Made by a program: the position numbers and the translations under genes. From Tubulanus polymorphus (lineage: Eukaryota > Animalia > Nemertea): DNA of 64,000 nucleotides. Each line of letters opens with the position of its first letter. Position 1 is the stretch's first letter. The stretch is from contig NC_134026.1 in NCBI RefSeq assembly GCF_964204645.1, forward strand, positions 8,889,950-8,953,949, written 5' to 3'. The notes under the pieces are model-generated. The model saw nothing but the letters and a program-made list of their open reading frames with translations, did no database searches and was not told where the DNA came from. This document shows positions 38,301 through 50,800 of the stretch, piece after piece.

Positions 38301-39081
38301 CGAAATTCTTCCTTGTTCGGTAAAACGTTCACTGATTGGTCCATTTAACGGGAAAACCAACAGAAGCCTAATGTTGTATGTTACAAGCGCTGCGATTGGT
38401 ACAACCAGATTCTGGTCGGCTAGTAATAACTCGCGAGGTCAAGGAGTTCGGGGAACAGCGGTAAGATTCAAGAATAGGGGACTAGTGGTTAGGTTTAGGG
38501 TTAGGTTTAGAGATAGAGGTTAGGCTTAGAGATAGAGGTTAGGTTTAGAGATAGAGGTTAGGTTTAGAGATAGAGGTTAGGTTTAGAGATAGAGGTTAGG
38601 TTTAGAGATAGAGGTTAGGTTTAGAGATAGAGGTTAGGTTTAGTTCCCTAATCTTCATTAATTACTATATATATAACTATCATTATATATCATCATTATC
38701 AATTACTATTATTATTACTTATTTGATTACTATCACTACACATAGTCCCCTATTCTTGAATCGCACCGGAACAGCTTTAAAGCTTAAAGTGAGTTCGAAT
38801 CCCTTGACGGGTGAAGATGTGTCCAGCTAAATAAGTCCGAATACCAGTCGTTGTTGGGATACTCATAGACTAAAACTTAATGTGTTGATACAACAAACAA
38901 AACAGGATCCGGCTAAATATCCAATCCAATCCACTGCCTTCTTCATTCTCATTCATCATCGACCAAATAAAAATGAATTTTCATTTAGATTAGATCTTTC
39001 TTTTTGCCATTTTCTCGTCTCTATGAATCTATATTCTTACCCGAAGCCAGCTTTATCGATATCACGAGATTTCAGTTTCAT
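26308..39081 (-). CDS. PELO: Protein pelota (Dom34, eRF1-like ribosome rescue factor), 12 exons
   Basis: Exons 39081-39041, 37848-37756, 36598-36448, 31030-30940, 29425-29262, 28756-28696, 28593-28553, 28460-28340, 27868-27748, 27535-27464, 26759-26653 and 26390-26308. Motifs [72 protein letters not shown]. Phases are consistent. Confidence 0.97.
26954..27299. mobile_element. MITE family with B-box-containing TIRs (copy 2)
   Basis: CGTCCTC..CAGGGATTTGAACCTGATGG ... CCATCAGGTTCGAATCCCT..GAGGATG. Confidence 0.8.
30051..30350. mobile_element. hAT-like MITE
   Basis: CAGGCGCGGATCTAG ... CTAGATCCGCCCCTG. Related ends occur at ~27420, ~29170 and ~40100-40333. Confidence 0.7.
31083..31152 (-). ncRNA. 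tRNA-like Pol III cassette inside the TRIM LTR (second copy ~31353-31419)
   Basis: A-box/D-arm TGGCTCAACGGTAGAGC, anticodon-like loop CTTGGAC, B-box/T-arm GAGTTCGAATCTC. The acceptor stem is imperfect, so it is not a functional tRNA. Confidence 0.7.
31420..31758. mobile_element. MITE (copy 3) inserted in the TRIM LTR, 8-bp TSD
   Basis: AGCCAAAG|CATCCTCC...GGAGGATG|AGCCAAAG. Confidence 0.88.
32843..33787 (-). CDS. Intronless class A GPCR nested in PELO intron 3 (same strand)
   Basis: 314 aa. GAFGN (TM1), LALCD (TM2), SLER (TM3), FAIFTLP (TM6), NYVINFYIY (TM7). Confidence 0.85.
   Translation of the reverse strand: MNSSPMQIGRSYNSDLVLMSVVNKSGTYLIVSLVVLPIVFLFGAFGNSATFLIMISRRFRSLSYANYLIVLALCDYTFCMHFTLMPVLQFVLFHVEDGPIFIMNSLISCQIYEFIMALVNGNSSWLIVSLERAAVVLFPFTSRLICTPRFARFAILIITAVNALVLYLLPTFSIQFSEQFFRCYFELFDQIRYFIIIVIHVIIIPLTFILASNSVIIIQLFRGSKMISSDQKTTKSKRTTIMLVTVSLAFAIFTLPSAVTVFLPFSKKRRELLLDIFTQFCFCNYVINFYIYLLLGREIREYFCAKIRCRTSVK
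35001..35320. mobile_element. PIF/Harbinger-like MITE
   Basis: TTA|AGCGGGCCGCACACTAGCG ... CGCTAGCGTGCGAGGGGCT|ATA. Confidence 0.55.
35578..35642 (-). mobile_element. Degenerate tRNA-derived SINE head
   Basis: TAGCTCGGTGG...CTCACAATCGAGAGGTTGCGGGTTCAAATCC on the - strand (A and B boxes). Confidence 0.5.
36888..37238. mobile_element. hAT-like MITE
   Basis: CATGGTTCCCAC ... GTGGGAACCATG with TTCCC subrepeats. Confidence 0.6.
38459..38768. mobile_element. TIR element with 6-bp TSD carrying a 19-bp tandem array
   Basis: GAACAG|CGGTAAGATTCAAGAATAGGGGACTA ... TAGTCCCCTATTCTTGAATCGCACCG|GAACAG, with internal (TAGGTTTAGAGATAGAGGT)x7. Confidence 0.85.
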
Positions 39082-41619
39082 GATGTTGTTTTAAAGCCCA
39101 TCGTATGATCGAAAATTCGTGTCATTTTTGCTTTTTCGAGTTATGATTTTCTTACAGGTGTCATCATTTTACGCAATATGGCATAGATGGCAGCATTAGT
39201 TAGAGTCGAGGTTAGCACTTGCGGGCGGGACTTCTACTACGGCATTTCCCGCCGCGGCTGGACGCACGGCGCGCGAACCTAAAGACTATATTTTCGATCC
39301 CGTGTGCAATATAGGACGAACAATATTTAGAATAAAAAATCCACGTAAAATAATTTTTATAAAAAATCGTCAGGCACATTCTGAACCTTTATTACTGCTT
39401 GGCCTCGAGTGCCAGCGATGAGGCCAGGGACACTAAAAGCGTCTTCAATGCAAATAGAACCCGTCGATCATCGCTAAAAAGCATTTATAAAATTGTTAAG
39501 TTTTTGTATTAAATTGTTATATTCCAACAATGATATATTTTGGTTAAATCATTTACTCTATGTATTGTGTTTTAGCGCCACAAAATACTAAATTTAGAAT
39601 TTTGATCAGAATGAATGATGATTACCTAATTAGCCTCAAAAACCAACTTCTCTTAAACCATTGTTTGTTTTACTGAATTCGGATTTTTAAATCTGTATTT
39701 TCACATGATTCCGATGAAATATTTGGTCCATTTTAATCTGGAACCAAGTGAAGTTTTAGATTTTACTTGATTCCAAGGGAAATCTGCGCAGACCCTTCAT
39801 CCGAATTAGTGAGTTCTACTGCAGTTTTGACTCATGAATATGGATTAATCAATGTGTGGATTTAGTACCGATATCTCTCTTTTTCAGCCCCACACCAATC
39901 ATGTATCATCTATGCTTGCTGCGGCTTTGTCCAAGCGCAATTTATTCTGGTGTGCGAGATCAATATAACATACATATACCCCGGTAGATGAATGTCGTTT
40001 ACACGCTAAAAATAATTGCAGTGTAACAGGAAATTAGATTTTCAATATCCAATACTTTTATTGCCAACAGCAAACAGCATCTGCAGACTGTGGATACCAA
40101 GGCAGATCCAAGGGGAGGGTACGCATGCATGCCAATTCTGCCCAAAATTTTAATGGAAAATAAATATTAAATGCTGAATATCAACCGATTGTAAAATTTG
40201 AATTCATATGCATTTTTTCAGTATTTCGAAAAATAAGGTCATGTTTTCCGTTGATTGGGTGCCTTTTTAATTATATGATATGCCTTAGTTTGGGGGTGCA
40301 ATCCTCCATAACGAGACCCTAGATCTACCCCTGCAGATCGATGTAACAGGCAAAAACTCGACAAATATGTGATTTCCTTGAATGAATATTATTATTACCG
40401 TAATCGGTATTCTTACCGAATAAAATATACATGTTTTACATTATATCAATACGGAATGATGACGTAACTTGAGAAAGTAATAAAACATACATACATATGG
40501 AATAAATATACAGTGTAATTTTGATTGTTCGTTATAACAAGTTATAAAATTAGAAGCGGCATAGTAAAATATGAATACATGCGATAACATAGCACAATAA
40601 ATACAATACCCGGTATGATAAAAATTAATACATAAATATGTAGATATTCTTGTTTTTGCATTTTGTATCTATATGCTTATTTTTCAACCCACAAAAAAAA
40701 CAAGTCAAACAGTCGAAAAGATGCACGGCAGTGAAAGTTAGTAAACTTAACAAGATTTCCATTCCGTAAACATAAAGCGGAAATCGTTAACGAAACCAAA
40801 ATATTCTTGTCATGAAATATGATATCATGGGGGAACGTCATAAGAGGGAAATACTTCCAACACAATTAAAGCGAAGTCATGTTTACATCAGCATTTAGGC
40901 TTAAATGCTTCCAGCAATATTGTCAGCATATTTTTTTTTTCCAACTTAAAAAACAAAATAAAACAATATTTTAGGTATGTCATTTGCAGAATGTGTTTGA
41001 TGAAATTTGGTCCCGACGAAATTAACCCAACACAATCCCACCTGTGCACATTATATGCACTAGCATAAATGTAGGCCAAAAGGTATCAAGTTTATTTTGG
41101 TATGAAAATCATGATATATCAGTCTATAATTTTTCATAACTGTTGATCATTCTACACCATAGGCTATTATATTATTCTATGTACTAGGGCATGGATCATT
41201 CTGCCAGCACGAAAACGAGCGCTTAGATTTGGATCTGCAAATTACACCAAGTTCTGAATACCTTCGTAATTGAATGACTTCTAAAAATGGCAGCGTACAG
41301 CTGAAATCACCAATTCATAACGAGCGAGAATTAACCTCTTAATTACGATTAGCGAGCTGTAATTATTCTGCACTGTGTCGCACTGGTCGCGCAGGTGACT
41401 TTTGATTCGTGAAAAACACGGTAATACCGCAGGCTTGTTAACGTTGTACCCGTTATGGAACTAAGGAAGTTGACCGACGATAAAATGTAGCTGAAACTGC
41501 ATACAATACATTCATGTTGTACTATGAAATAAGTAACAAATGAAAAATAATTGATATAATACTGTTTACGAAAAATGCAACGAAATTCAAACAGATTCGA
41601 ATGGAACTTTGTTGATGAT

Positions 41620-41800
41620 AGTAGACTGCACCCAAGACAGCTGATCCAACCTTGGAGTAATCAGACTGAATACTCCAAGATTCAACCAACTTGGATAGCC
41701 ATTCAGAATTTTCTGACCCGCTTCCAGCCTGCATGTCACCCTTGTTAAGTGGGACATATTTTCACGGACTAAAAAGATTGGACTTGAGCGGAGTCCACTA
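41620..41800. mobile_element. MITE family (copies also ~24495-24672 and ~62440-62630)
   Basis: Shared GTAGACT...CAACT.GGAT...ATTTTT.ACGG..C.AAAAGATT..ACTT.AGCGGAGTC.ACT. Confidence 0.6.
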
Positions 41801-43239
41801 TACAAAACTAGGCCTACTAAATTCTAACATTAGATGTTTTAAGATATATTCGACCATGAACTAAATTACCCATTCTCATCTTACAAAGTGACATGTAGTC
41901 AACCTAGAAACTGTCATAATACTCATAACAATAATAGGACATTGGAGTGGTAGTTTTGAATAGTACGTTCATTTTTCGAGCTTTGAAGCCACTCCGTGCA
42001 GCGCTAACTAACTGAACAAAGCCCTTATTACTTTCAACAAAAACTAGCGTCATAAAATGAAAATAGGCCTATGCCATGAGTCAGATAAAATGACATTTTT
42101 AGAGAAAACATGTTAGCATGTTTGAATTGGCCGTAAACCAAAAACGGTATTTACCCGGTATACAAAAACCTCATGACATGATATATACTAATTTCCTAGT
42201 ACATAAAATGGGGGAAATAACGACTTCCACAGAACTAAGCGAAAATTCATCTCTTAATTCTAGAATAAGTGATTCCTAAACGCTTTAGTTAAATTCAACT
42301 CACAACTGTCAGAACTACCCATCGGTAGGTGGTTGACAATTTAACGACTTTTCACACATTTTCCTAAGAATCCTTTATCTTCTTTGTTACAACATCGAAT
42401 ACATAACATTAAATAGTTGTAAGTAGCTTACAGTGTTTCCAGTAATAAATTAATTTCTAAGATATAACATACCGGTACCTACGTGCCCATACAAGAGCTA
42501 GGTGATTAGTCTTGAGTGAATAATATTTGGAAAAGACGTTTTCAAACAGAGAACCACCGTATAACTGAACCATGCGATATATCCTTTTAGCGACAATTAG
42601 GATAATCTTGATTACTGTAGACTTTTTGAGTCTAATTTGGTTAAATTCAGAGACTGATAGAACTTTTCTAACTAGGGCCATGTAGTGAATATGCGCTTAT
42701 GGGAATTAATATTTGCCAAAGATAATATAAAGAAATGACCCAGTAATCAAGACTTTTATCTATTGTACCAGGCTGGCTAAGATTGTTGTAGTGTAAGTGC
42801 TGCTTTCGGACCAGTTCCACAACCTCAAATTCTTGGTTGGATTGCTGGTTGACATAAGAATGGCAAGTTGACATATTAAATGAGGACATCGGTTCAAACT
42901 TAACTCATTTTTAGTTAAAATTTTTTTTCATGAAACTGTACCCTTTTAGTTTCTATCAAATACGCACTTTCTAGATTAATACGAATTTACAATTCTGTTC
43001 GGTATTATAACATAAAAGAATTCCTTAGCGAGAATTTCAACTGAAACAGGCTACTAAAAGTGCATTCGATTTGCTTAACCATTTACGGTATACTCCTTGG
43101 ACGACATGAAACGATTGCCGTGGGTTAACTAAAACTGGGATAGGTCATTCCTTTCAAAATACAGGTCATTGAGGATGCTTTGGCCTGACCAGGGGAAAAC
43201 CAGGTATGTAGCTTGTGACAGACAAAAACAAACGCTTCT

Positions 43240-43332
43240 GGACCCAGTTCCACAGTTGTGAGTTAGAGTTAAAATTAGTTCATTTTCAATGAGTTAACTC
43301 AAACTTTAACTCCGAACTGTGGAACTGGACCC
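43240..43332. mobile_element. Short palindromic MITE (copy at 49417-49527, partial ~25870-25935)
   Basis: GGACCCAGTTCCACAGTT.TGAGTTAGAGTTAA ... TTAACTC..AACTGTGGAACTGGACCC. Confidence 0.75.
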
Positions 43333-43511
43333 CGGGGCTTCCCTGAATTAACTCCGGGCTACCCGCGAGCGGGATAGGCTAATTTGCTCTAAAAATAGCT
43401 CAGCTGACTGTAGATTATGCAGTCATACTCGATACAGGTAAGCCTATATCGTATTATGCTTTGAACGAAGACGTTCGTAAAACCTCCCCGCACCGTGAGA
43501 TTAGAATCAAA

Positions 43512-44141
43512 TCAAACTTCGATATCATCTTCGGTGTAGCCGTTGAGATCGCCGTTGATGTACGGAAAATCGCAGTCGCCGTTTGTAAACACGAGCGCAT
43601 CGGTCGTGCTTGGGTAACTCCTGAACATCGGCTCGCAACTCGAAAATCCATCCACCTCGTACGAATCGTCGAACAAATCGCCGTTCCTCGATCCGTTTAA
43701 TTCGACGGCGACGCTCGCTACGTATTTCGACGAGGGCGCCAACTCGCAACTGACAGACGGCGATAGATTCACTTCCGTCGTGTACCACTTTTTACCCGGT
43801 TCGACGTAACGATAGTAAATACATCGGTACGAAATCTTCTCCGATTTCGGCAGGACGTAGACGGTTTCGGAAAATTCGACCGGTTTGTTTTTCGGCGCCA
43901 GTTCGACCGAGCTGACGTAATGAGTCGACGTGGAATTTTTCGCGTATTTAATGATCGTGCTGCCGTAACTGACCGGCGTTTGAACGAGTTTGATTTTGAC
44001 GGCGTTTTTGTGTCGTTTTTCCGAGTCGAATCGGAAGATGCTCGTCACTTTGGTTTCTTCGCGCTCCGATTCCGGGTCAACCGATATCGATTCGACATAG
44101 TTGGTCGGAATCATTCTCGTCAGTGAGTTCACATCCTTCAT
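43512..44141 (-). CDS. Uncharacterised 209-aa protein (single coding exon, probably with an upstream UTR exon)
   Basis: Host-like CG-rich codon usage, as in the FRAS1 and PELO exons. Acceptor AAACAG lies just upstream of the ATG (~44146). Divergent from PTCD3. No recognised family. Confidence 0.65.
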   Translation of the reverse strand: MKDVNSLTRMIPTNYVESISVDPESEREETKVTSIFRFDSEKRHKNAVKIKLVQTPVSYGSTIIKYAKNSTSTHYVSSVELAPKNKPVEFSETVYVLPKSEKISYRCIYYRYVEPGKKWYTTEVNLSPSVSCELAPSSKYVASVAVELNGSRNGDLFDDSYEVDGFSSCEPMFRSYPSTTDALVFTNGDCDFPYINGDLNGYTEDDIEV

Positions 44142-44639
44142 TGTCTGTTTTGATGAATAAACAAAATGATATAGGCAGTTAGCATCGGATTAGAAAAATG
44201 TTTAATCATGAATGAAAATATTGGATTAGAATATTCTAAACAGGCCTAGGCCAGGCTAATCTGAAATGAATAAAAATGACGACCATGTCCCTGTCCCTTC
44301 CCTGGCCTAATAATCAGAAAGTAAGTTAAGTAGGGGGAGAGCACAGGGCTTGACACAAGGATTTTGACCCCAGTATCCTAGGTACCTAGTTAAAAGACAA
44401 GGGAGCCAACTCCAGCAGATCGGTCGATAGGTATTTCACTTCAACAGTTCGTAACTTCGTTATTAGTAATCCAATCCGCTTCAAATAAGATTATTCTTAA
44501 AGATAACGAAGTAAGTACATAAAAGATACTCAACTGGGGTCAAAATCCTTTTTTTGTGTCAAAGTCAAGTCCCTGTGCCTGTGGTGTGTGGGGGAGAGAG
44601 AGAGTATTCAGGCCACTTCTGCCGGTGCCACCCCATATG

Positions 44640-44843
44640 AAACTCTTACTTACCACAATTTACTCTTAACTCTGTCCTTAACTCATTTACAAAGCGGTTC
44701 AATTTTCCTCACGACAGAAATCCAAGAGCGCCGCTGCTCACTCAAATCATTCGTTACGCTCGACTGAAGCTCTGGTGCGCGTACTTGGGTCGACTCCGAA
44801 ATTATCCCACACCCGGCGTCCACACGTCGCTTCCAAAAACAAA
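44640..44843. promoter_or_regulatory. Putative bidirectional promoter between the orphan gene and PTCD3
   Basis: CG-rich patch, YY1-like AAAATGGCAGC at the PTCD3 start, and a possible minus-strand donor (CTTAC) at ~44645. Confidence 0.4.
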
Positions 44844-47800
44844 ATGGCAGCCTCCATGAAGTTCGCGCACGGTTTCTGTTCGGCAAGACGTTTATACCCT
44901 TTATCTCGAAGGTACGTATCGTTCACTGCGAGTTGAACAGAATTTTATTTTCCGATCACATCTTAAGAATATATTTAAACTATTTTGATGCTTGATTCGG
45001 TCGTTATCGAGTTAAAAACTGATTTCATACCGCCGGTACGAATATTTCGTCGTCGATTGGGTTCGAATCCCATTCCCCGTATTTTGTAAAAAGTTATTTC
45101 TGTTTAAACGCTCAATTTTTAGATATTGCATCGTTTCATCAAGGTCAAGTAAAAAGAAAGTAGACACAGATGTACCTGTTCCTATGATAGCAAAAGGTAA
45201 TTCTTTTCCAGTAATGACGTAACTATTGCCAGACAGGCCGCGGGTTGGGCTGCAGCAAAAGTGTGTATATAACAACTATCTTATCTTAATTTTTTAAAGG
45301 CTCAAATGGTGAAGAAATCGTTATTCCTAAAAAGAAACACAGGTAAAATGCTTCTCTGTTAGAACGTGACCTTGTTATTGACCATCATAATTAATCGTTA
45401 ATTCTAATTATGACACTATACCTTTAATTTTATCAATATGATATTGCAGAACTCCCACTTCAATACTGGAAGCTTTGTCCCATACAGTTGGAAAAGTGAG
45501 TACAAATATAGGGCAATCATAAAGTTATGCATAATTTATGTTATGCACTTGCAACCTGAATTAACTTTACACTTGTTATGTAGGATCCTTTGGCTCCACA
45601 CTTCAAATATGTTGACGATCCATATCTGATACCAACAAGTAATTTACACAAGGTAAATTTTTCAAATCATTGATGTAGAAGTATAGGTTTTATCAGCGTA
45701 TAGTAAGTATCACAAGTCCTGGATTATGGCTGAAAAGAAAAGACTTGATTTTATGAGAAAACAGAACAGGTATATCAACGCGTTTCCTAGCTAGTGCTGC
45801 CATCTTCAGCCAATTCAGCTTTCAATATCGAATGGTTATTCAATGGTTTAATATCCAGCACCAGATATAGAGTACCAGGACACTCATAATGCGCTGCAAG
45901 TGTCCTAATCAAGTCAAGTGATACACTGTCCTATTAATTCTATAGACATACAGTCAACCCCGCATAAGTCGTCATCGAATTAGTCGTATCATCACATCTC
46001 GCGTATACTTATGTTGGTCCCAATTTTTTTCTTCCTTAAACCTTATCAAATTTAGTTTATAACTCATACTTCATAAGTCGTATTGCTCCCATGATTTACT
46101 CATGTGTATACTTACATAACTAGGATATTGATCCATTTCAGCGAACGTATGCTTTATCAAAGGCATCGGGGAAAAAGGCGGCTAAATGGATACTTGAAAA
46201 ACATCAGGATATTATGCCGGATGTAACTGCTGACCCGCCTATAATGGTATGTATAACTTACTGTGGTGAATTCATTCTAACATACCAGGTCTCAGCCTCA
46301 CAAAAAATCTCAGCTTAGTTACATCACATTCTCCGATTATCCTATAATGGGGTACCCGCAAAACCGGCTATCCCACTAGATGGCATGATGAGCACTAGGT
46401 CGTCCGTTGTCAAAATTAGCTCATTTTCAATGAACTTTGAACTGGAATTTTAAACTCCCCAATCGATATAATATCACAGCACCCACCGAATATACAATAG
46501 TTTCATTCTCCTACTCGGATATCGGTATAGTTTTCATAAATGATTGATTCATTTGAGAGAAAAGTTCATTCAGATTTAATTGAAATCTAGAAGAAATCGA
46601 AACGCGGACGACCAACGATCTACTAGCGCCACCTGGTTGGATCCTGGCCTGCTATACGTGGAATCCTCGATTGCCACAGTAGCACCGCGGGTACCCCATT
46701 GAACTCTCACTGTTACGTCTATTTTGTTCGTCCTTTTTTGAGAACGATATTTTCGTTCACATACCCGGAACATACATACGTACATTTATTTTGAATGTCT
46801 CTTTATGTCCTGTGCAGTTAGCTCAGTTGGTTGAGTGGAGGACTGGGAACCAAGAGGTCCCTAGTGCGAAACCACCTCTGGCGTTGGCTGTCGAGACACA
46901 TACATGGACTAAGCTCTGCTAACTTAGTCAGGTTGTGAGCCATAACAACCTATAAAAAGGCCCTGGCCGTCTCTTAAGACCCACTAGGGTTACACTGTAA
47001 GTAATTGCAGTCGGGACGTAAAACTCTTCTTCTTCTTAACTAAACTCTTCTTCAGGGCCGTCGGAACAGGGGCGGCCAAAGCCGCCCCACTTTTTTGCTT
47101 AACAAAATTTTTTCAAACGCATGCTGTACCTCGTAGCAGCTCGTCGTTCTATGTACTAGGTTGTTGGCTCCCGACTTCTCTTGCTTCTGTGAATGAGACC
47201 GTGAAATGGCCCCAAAACGCATCTCCGGCGATTGAATTTTCAAAATTTTTCTAGGGGGTGGCCCCCAAACCCCCTTCAGAAATAAGCCTTGCCGCCGAAA
47301 AATTCCTTCTGACGGCTCTGTTCTTCTTCTTCTAAACTCTGTATCAGAAATTCGATCCAGACGTCAACAGTGAACATATACGGGAAATATCGGAGGGAGA
47401 AGAATTATTGAAGGGTCTCATCGATGCTTCATGCGTGGCCGAAGCATGGGAGGATTATCAAAAACTTAAATCCGAAGGTAAGTGAACACATGCCCTGTTT
47501 CTAACACATGCCCTACAGTGCAACACTAGTTGAGTCATCGCTTAAAAAAGAGGATACTGATTAAATTGATTAATTGATATTGATTAAAACCTTTGGATAT
47601 TGTCCAGTAGCGCATCCTGGGGTTCAATCTGAGTACTGCTCGAGGTAATATTCTGGCTGAAGCCCCAAACTTTGGCGGCAGGGTTTTGAAATTTGAAATT
47701 TTAGGTGCTCTCAGAAGCTATCTCAGCAATTTCAAAACAGGAATTACTATTAGATAATCGGCAATGCTGGAGTGCCTGTGGTGCACTGTCTGATTCACTA

Positions 47801-50800
47801 CCAGTTCGGCACCCTATTTGCGACAAGAATCAGAGAGAGAGACTTGATACATGATGTATCAAGTCTCTCTCTGATACTTGTCGCAAATATGTTTCTGTGT
47901 CAATATTGTCTATATTGGAAATGTTGTGAGGGAAATCTTGAGTATCGCTCGAGCAGCACTCGCAGTAGGCTGAATCACTGTTGTCGCATTCAATCAATCA
48001 GGAATCAGGCCAATAAGTGATTGAAATTTATCAGATGCGATCTGAACGCATCACGAGATATTATTTTTCACATCAATTTTTTTTCTTCATTGTTGTTGGG
48101 AATCTTACTTTTGAAGAAGCGTTTCACTTTTGATTCGACAGGCAAAACTATTTCGCAAGATGTTAAACTACGGTTGTTAGATTTGTTGTGCGCATACAAC
48201 AGCGAACCCGTCGAAATGGAAAACATATCGGATGAACGTTGGTACTGGCGGGAACTAGGCCAGGATGTAGGGAAAAGGTTAAAGCGATCTTGGAAGTAAG
48301 TTGTACTGGTTAGTTCCTAGCAATTTCATTTCGGAGGAGGGACCTGGTTCAACCATTGTTCTATTAACCATTGCAAGTTTTGGCTCTAGTTTTATAAGTG
48401 CGTCAGACTCTGCCTTCCAGTCAACTTAGCGAATTTTGATATTTCTATTCGGAAAAACTTACAATTAGAATCCTACCAAATAAGGCTAGTCTACTGTAAA
48501 TCATCCTGGAATAACAAATTGACAAGATTATTTCTGAGATCGCACAATGAGAATAAGGTCAATGAGAGGCTATGGCAGCATAGGTGCAAAGGCACTCTGT
48601 GGTCCAAACGCTAATCAAGCCTCTCACCAATTTATACATACTAGCAGGATACCCGTCTTCGAAGGGTTGGTTGATGGATTGACATTTAAAACCATATCAG
48701 CGTTACTTGCAGTGAAAAATAGGTCATGAACTTCGTAGCTGGTAGGCTATAGGCTAGTTCACTGTTCCTCACAGAGGAAGATATCTTCTCAAATTGCTGA
48801 TGATGTTTTGTACTTCATTTTGTTAAGATTATTTCTTTAACTAAATCTAATGCCTCCTTGTTTATTCACATCTTAAACCATCCGAAAAACCTTCCCTGGG
48901 TTATTTAGGACCAAAAAATTGTTACATATGAAACACGCCCAATAACAGTGATGTGTCCTCCAAAAAACCTCCAACCAATTTATGTAGTAATCTAGATACT
49001 ACACTATAGGTCATCCTGAGAGATTGGGAAAATTATTTATGATTCAAATTTAACCTTACGTCTAAGGAACCAAATTTGGTCTGATTGGTTGGTCTGTTGC
49101 TGTATTTATAGAGATGGATGTCCCGCAGATCAATTGTTCGAAGAATTACAAGCGGAAAAAATTCCTGCAGCCTATAAAAGTATGATCCGTGGACTTAGCA
49201 AGGTAAATATGGATGATAAGAGTATGAGTTGTCCTATCTATGATACCCTCTATTAGAATACCTGTAATTTGAAAGGGGTTACATTGGAAATGTTGTATGC
49301 GCATTGACTTTACTCATTAACCTGATGAAGCTACTATGGACTAGTAGCAAAAGCTCATACTTTAGATAAATTAAGTTAACCTTCAGTATCATTTGACCCT
49401 TGGTTAACACGGCTCCTGGACCAAGTTCCACAGTTCTGAATTAGAGTTAACTTTGAGTTAAGGTTAGTTCATTTTCAATGAGTTAACTCAGAGTTAAATC
49501 TTAACTCACAACTGTGGAACTGGACCCTACATAACTCTCCATTGGAAATGATGCAAATAATATGGCTACTCTTTTTCTCATTTCAGTATTTACATGTTGA
49601 AGGTGCTCATTCGCTGTACAAAGAGATGCTCGAACTACAAATGACGCCGGATGTTCAGACATTCAATGCGATTCTGAGCATCGCATCGTTCTTGAGAGAG
49701 GACAATGAAGCGAGATGGGAACTTATTACTGTAAGTAAATGAACTGTATTATATGGATAATATACCGGGTACCGTAAATATTGCAGATTATCCCCTGTCA
49801 GATTTCGAAGCCAAACAGATCCCTTAAGCCCAACAACGCACACTATGCATTGAAACTGGGAAACACAGAAACACAGTCGGAAACAAACATGTTTAATCTT
49901 GCAGGGTTCGTCGGGGTGCTTGAAAAGCTTGAAATGGCTTGAATTTGAAAAATGTTATTCAAGCGCTTGAAAACAGCTTGAAAATAGATTGCAAGCTTGA
50001 AATAAATTTTTTTGGCTTGAAATAATACATATGGCTTGAAATGCTTGAATATGACAAATTCCCTTCTTCGAGAATTTTTTCCATGAAATCGCCAACAGAA
50101 TTTGGTAAAGATATGATAATTACTTTTTGTCTGGGTACATTTCAAAAAAGTTATGTGACTTATGGAACACCTTGTAGATAGCATGGGGGGAAATTTTGAA
50201 GATGCTTTGATCAATCAATTACCTTGATCTATTATATTTGTAGCCCCCAAGGCCCATAAACATAAAAAAATTTGGTCAATCGCACTCAAGATGGCTGTCC
50301 TGCGACCTTTTTTGTGCCCAAAAATGTCAATTTTGGCTTCCTGCTGGTTTGCCATTTTTCATTGAAAATTGTGATGGGTATTCTATGGAAAGAGATCTTT
50401 AACACATGAGGCAGGTATTTTTGATCAGCCAATTATCATGCAATTGGCGGCCATCTTCTTCGTGTCATCAGTACTCATACATACGTGGAAATAGGTTTTT
50501 TGAGGAAAATGTCATCAGGTTTTAATGTATAGTCTTGATGAATGATTATTATCAGCACTGTCATAAGATACATCTTCTCACATGGAATTAGAATCGCCCA
50601 ATTCTTTTTTCTTGCCACCAGGGGGAGTTAAATATTGAATAATACACAGTTTGTTCATTTATATGGGTACCTATGCATATTTTGTAACCGACAATCAATT
50701 GCAAAGTTATAGCTCATTTTGTTGCGAATTCGACTGTTGAAGTATCTTTTTACTCAGGCCTGGTAATTCAATTATCAGTAAGATTGAATAATTACCCTGA

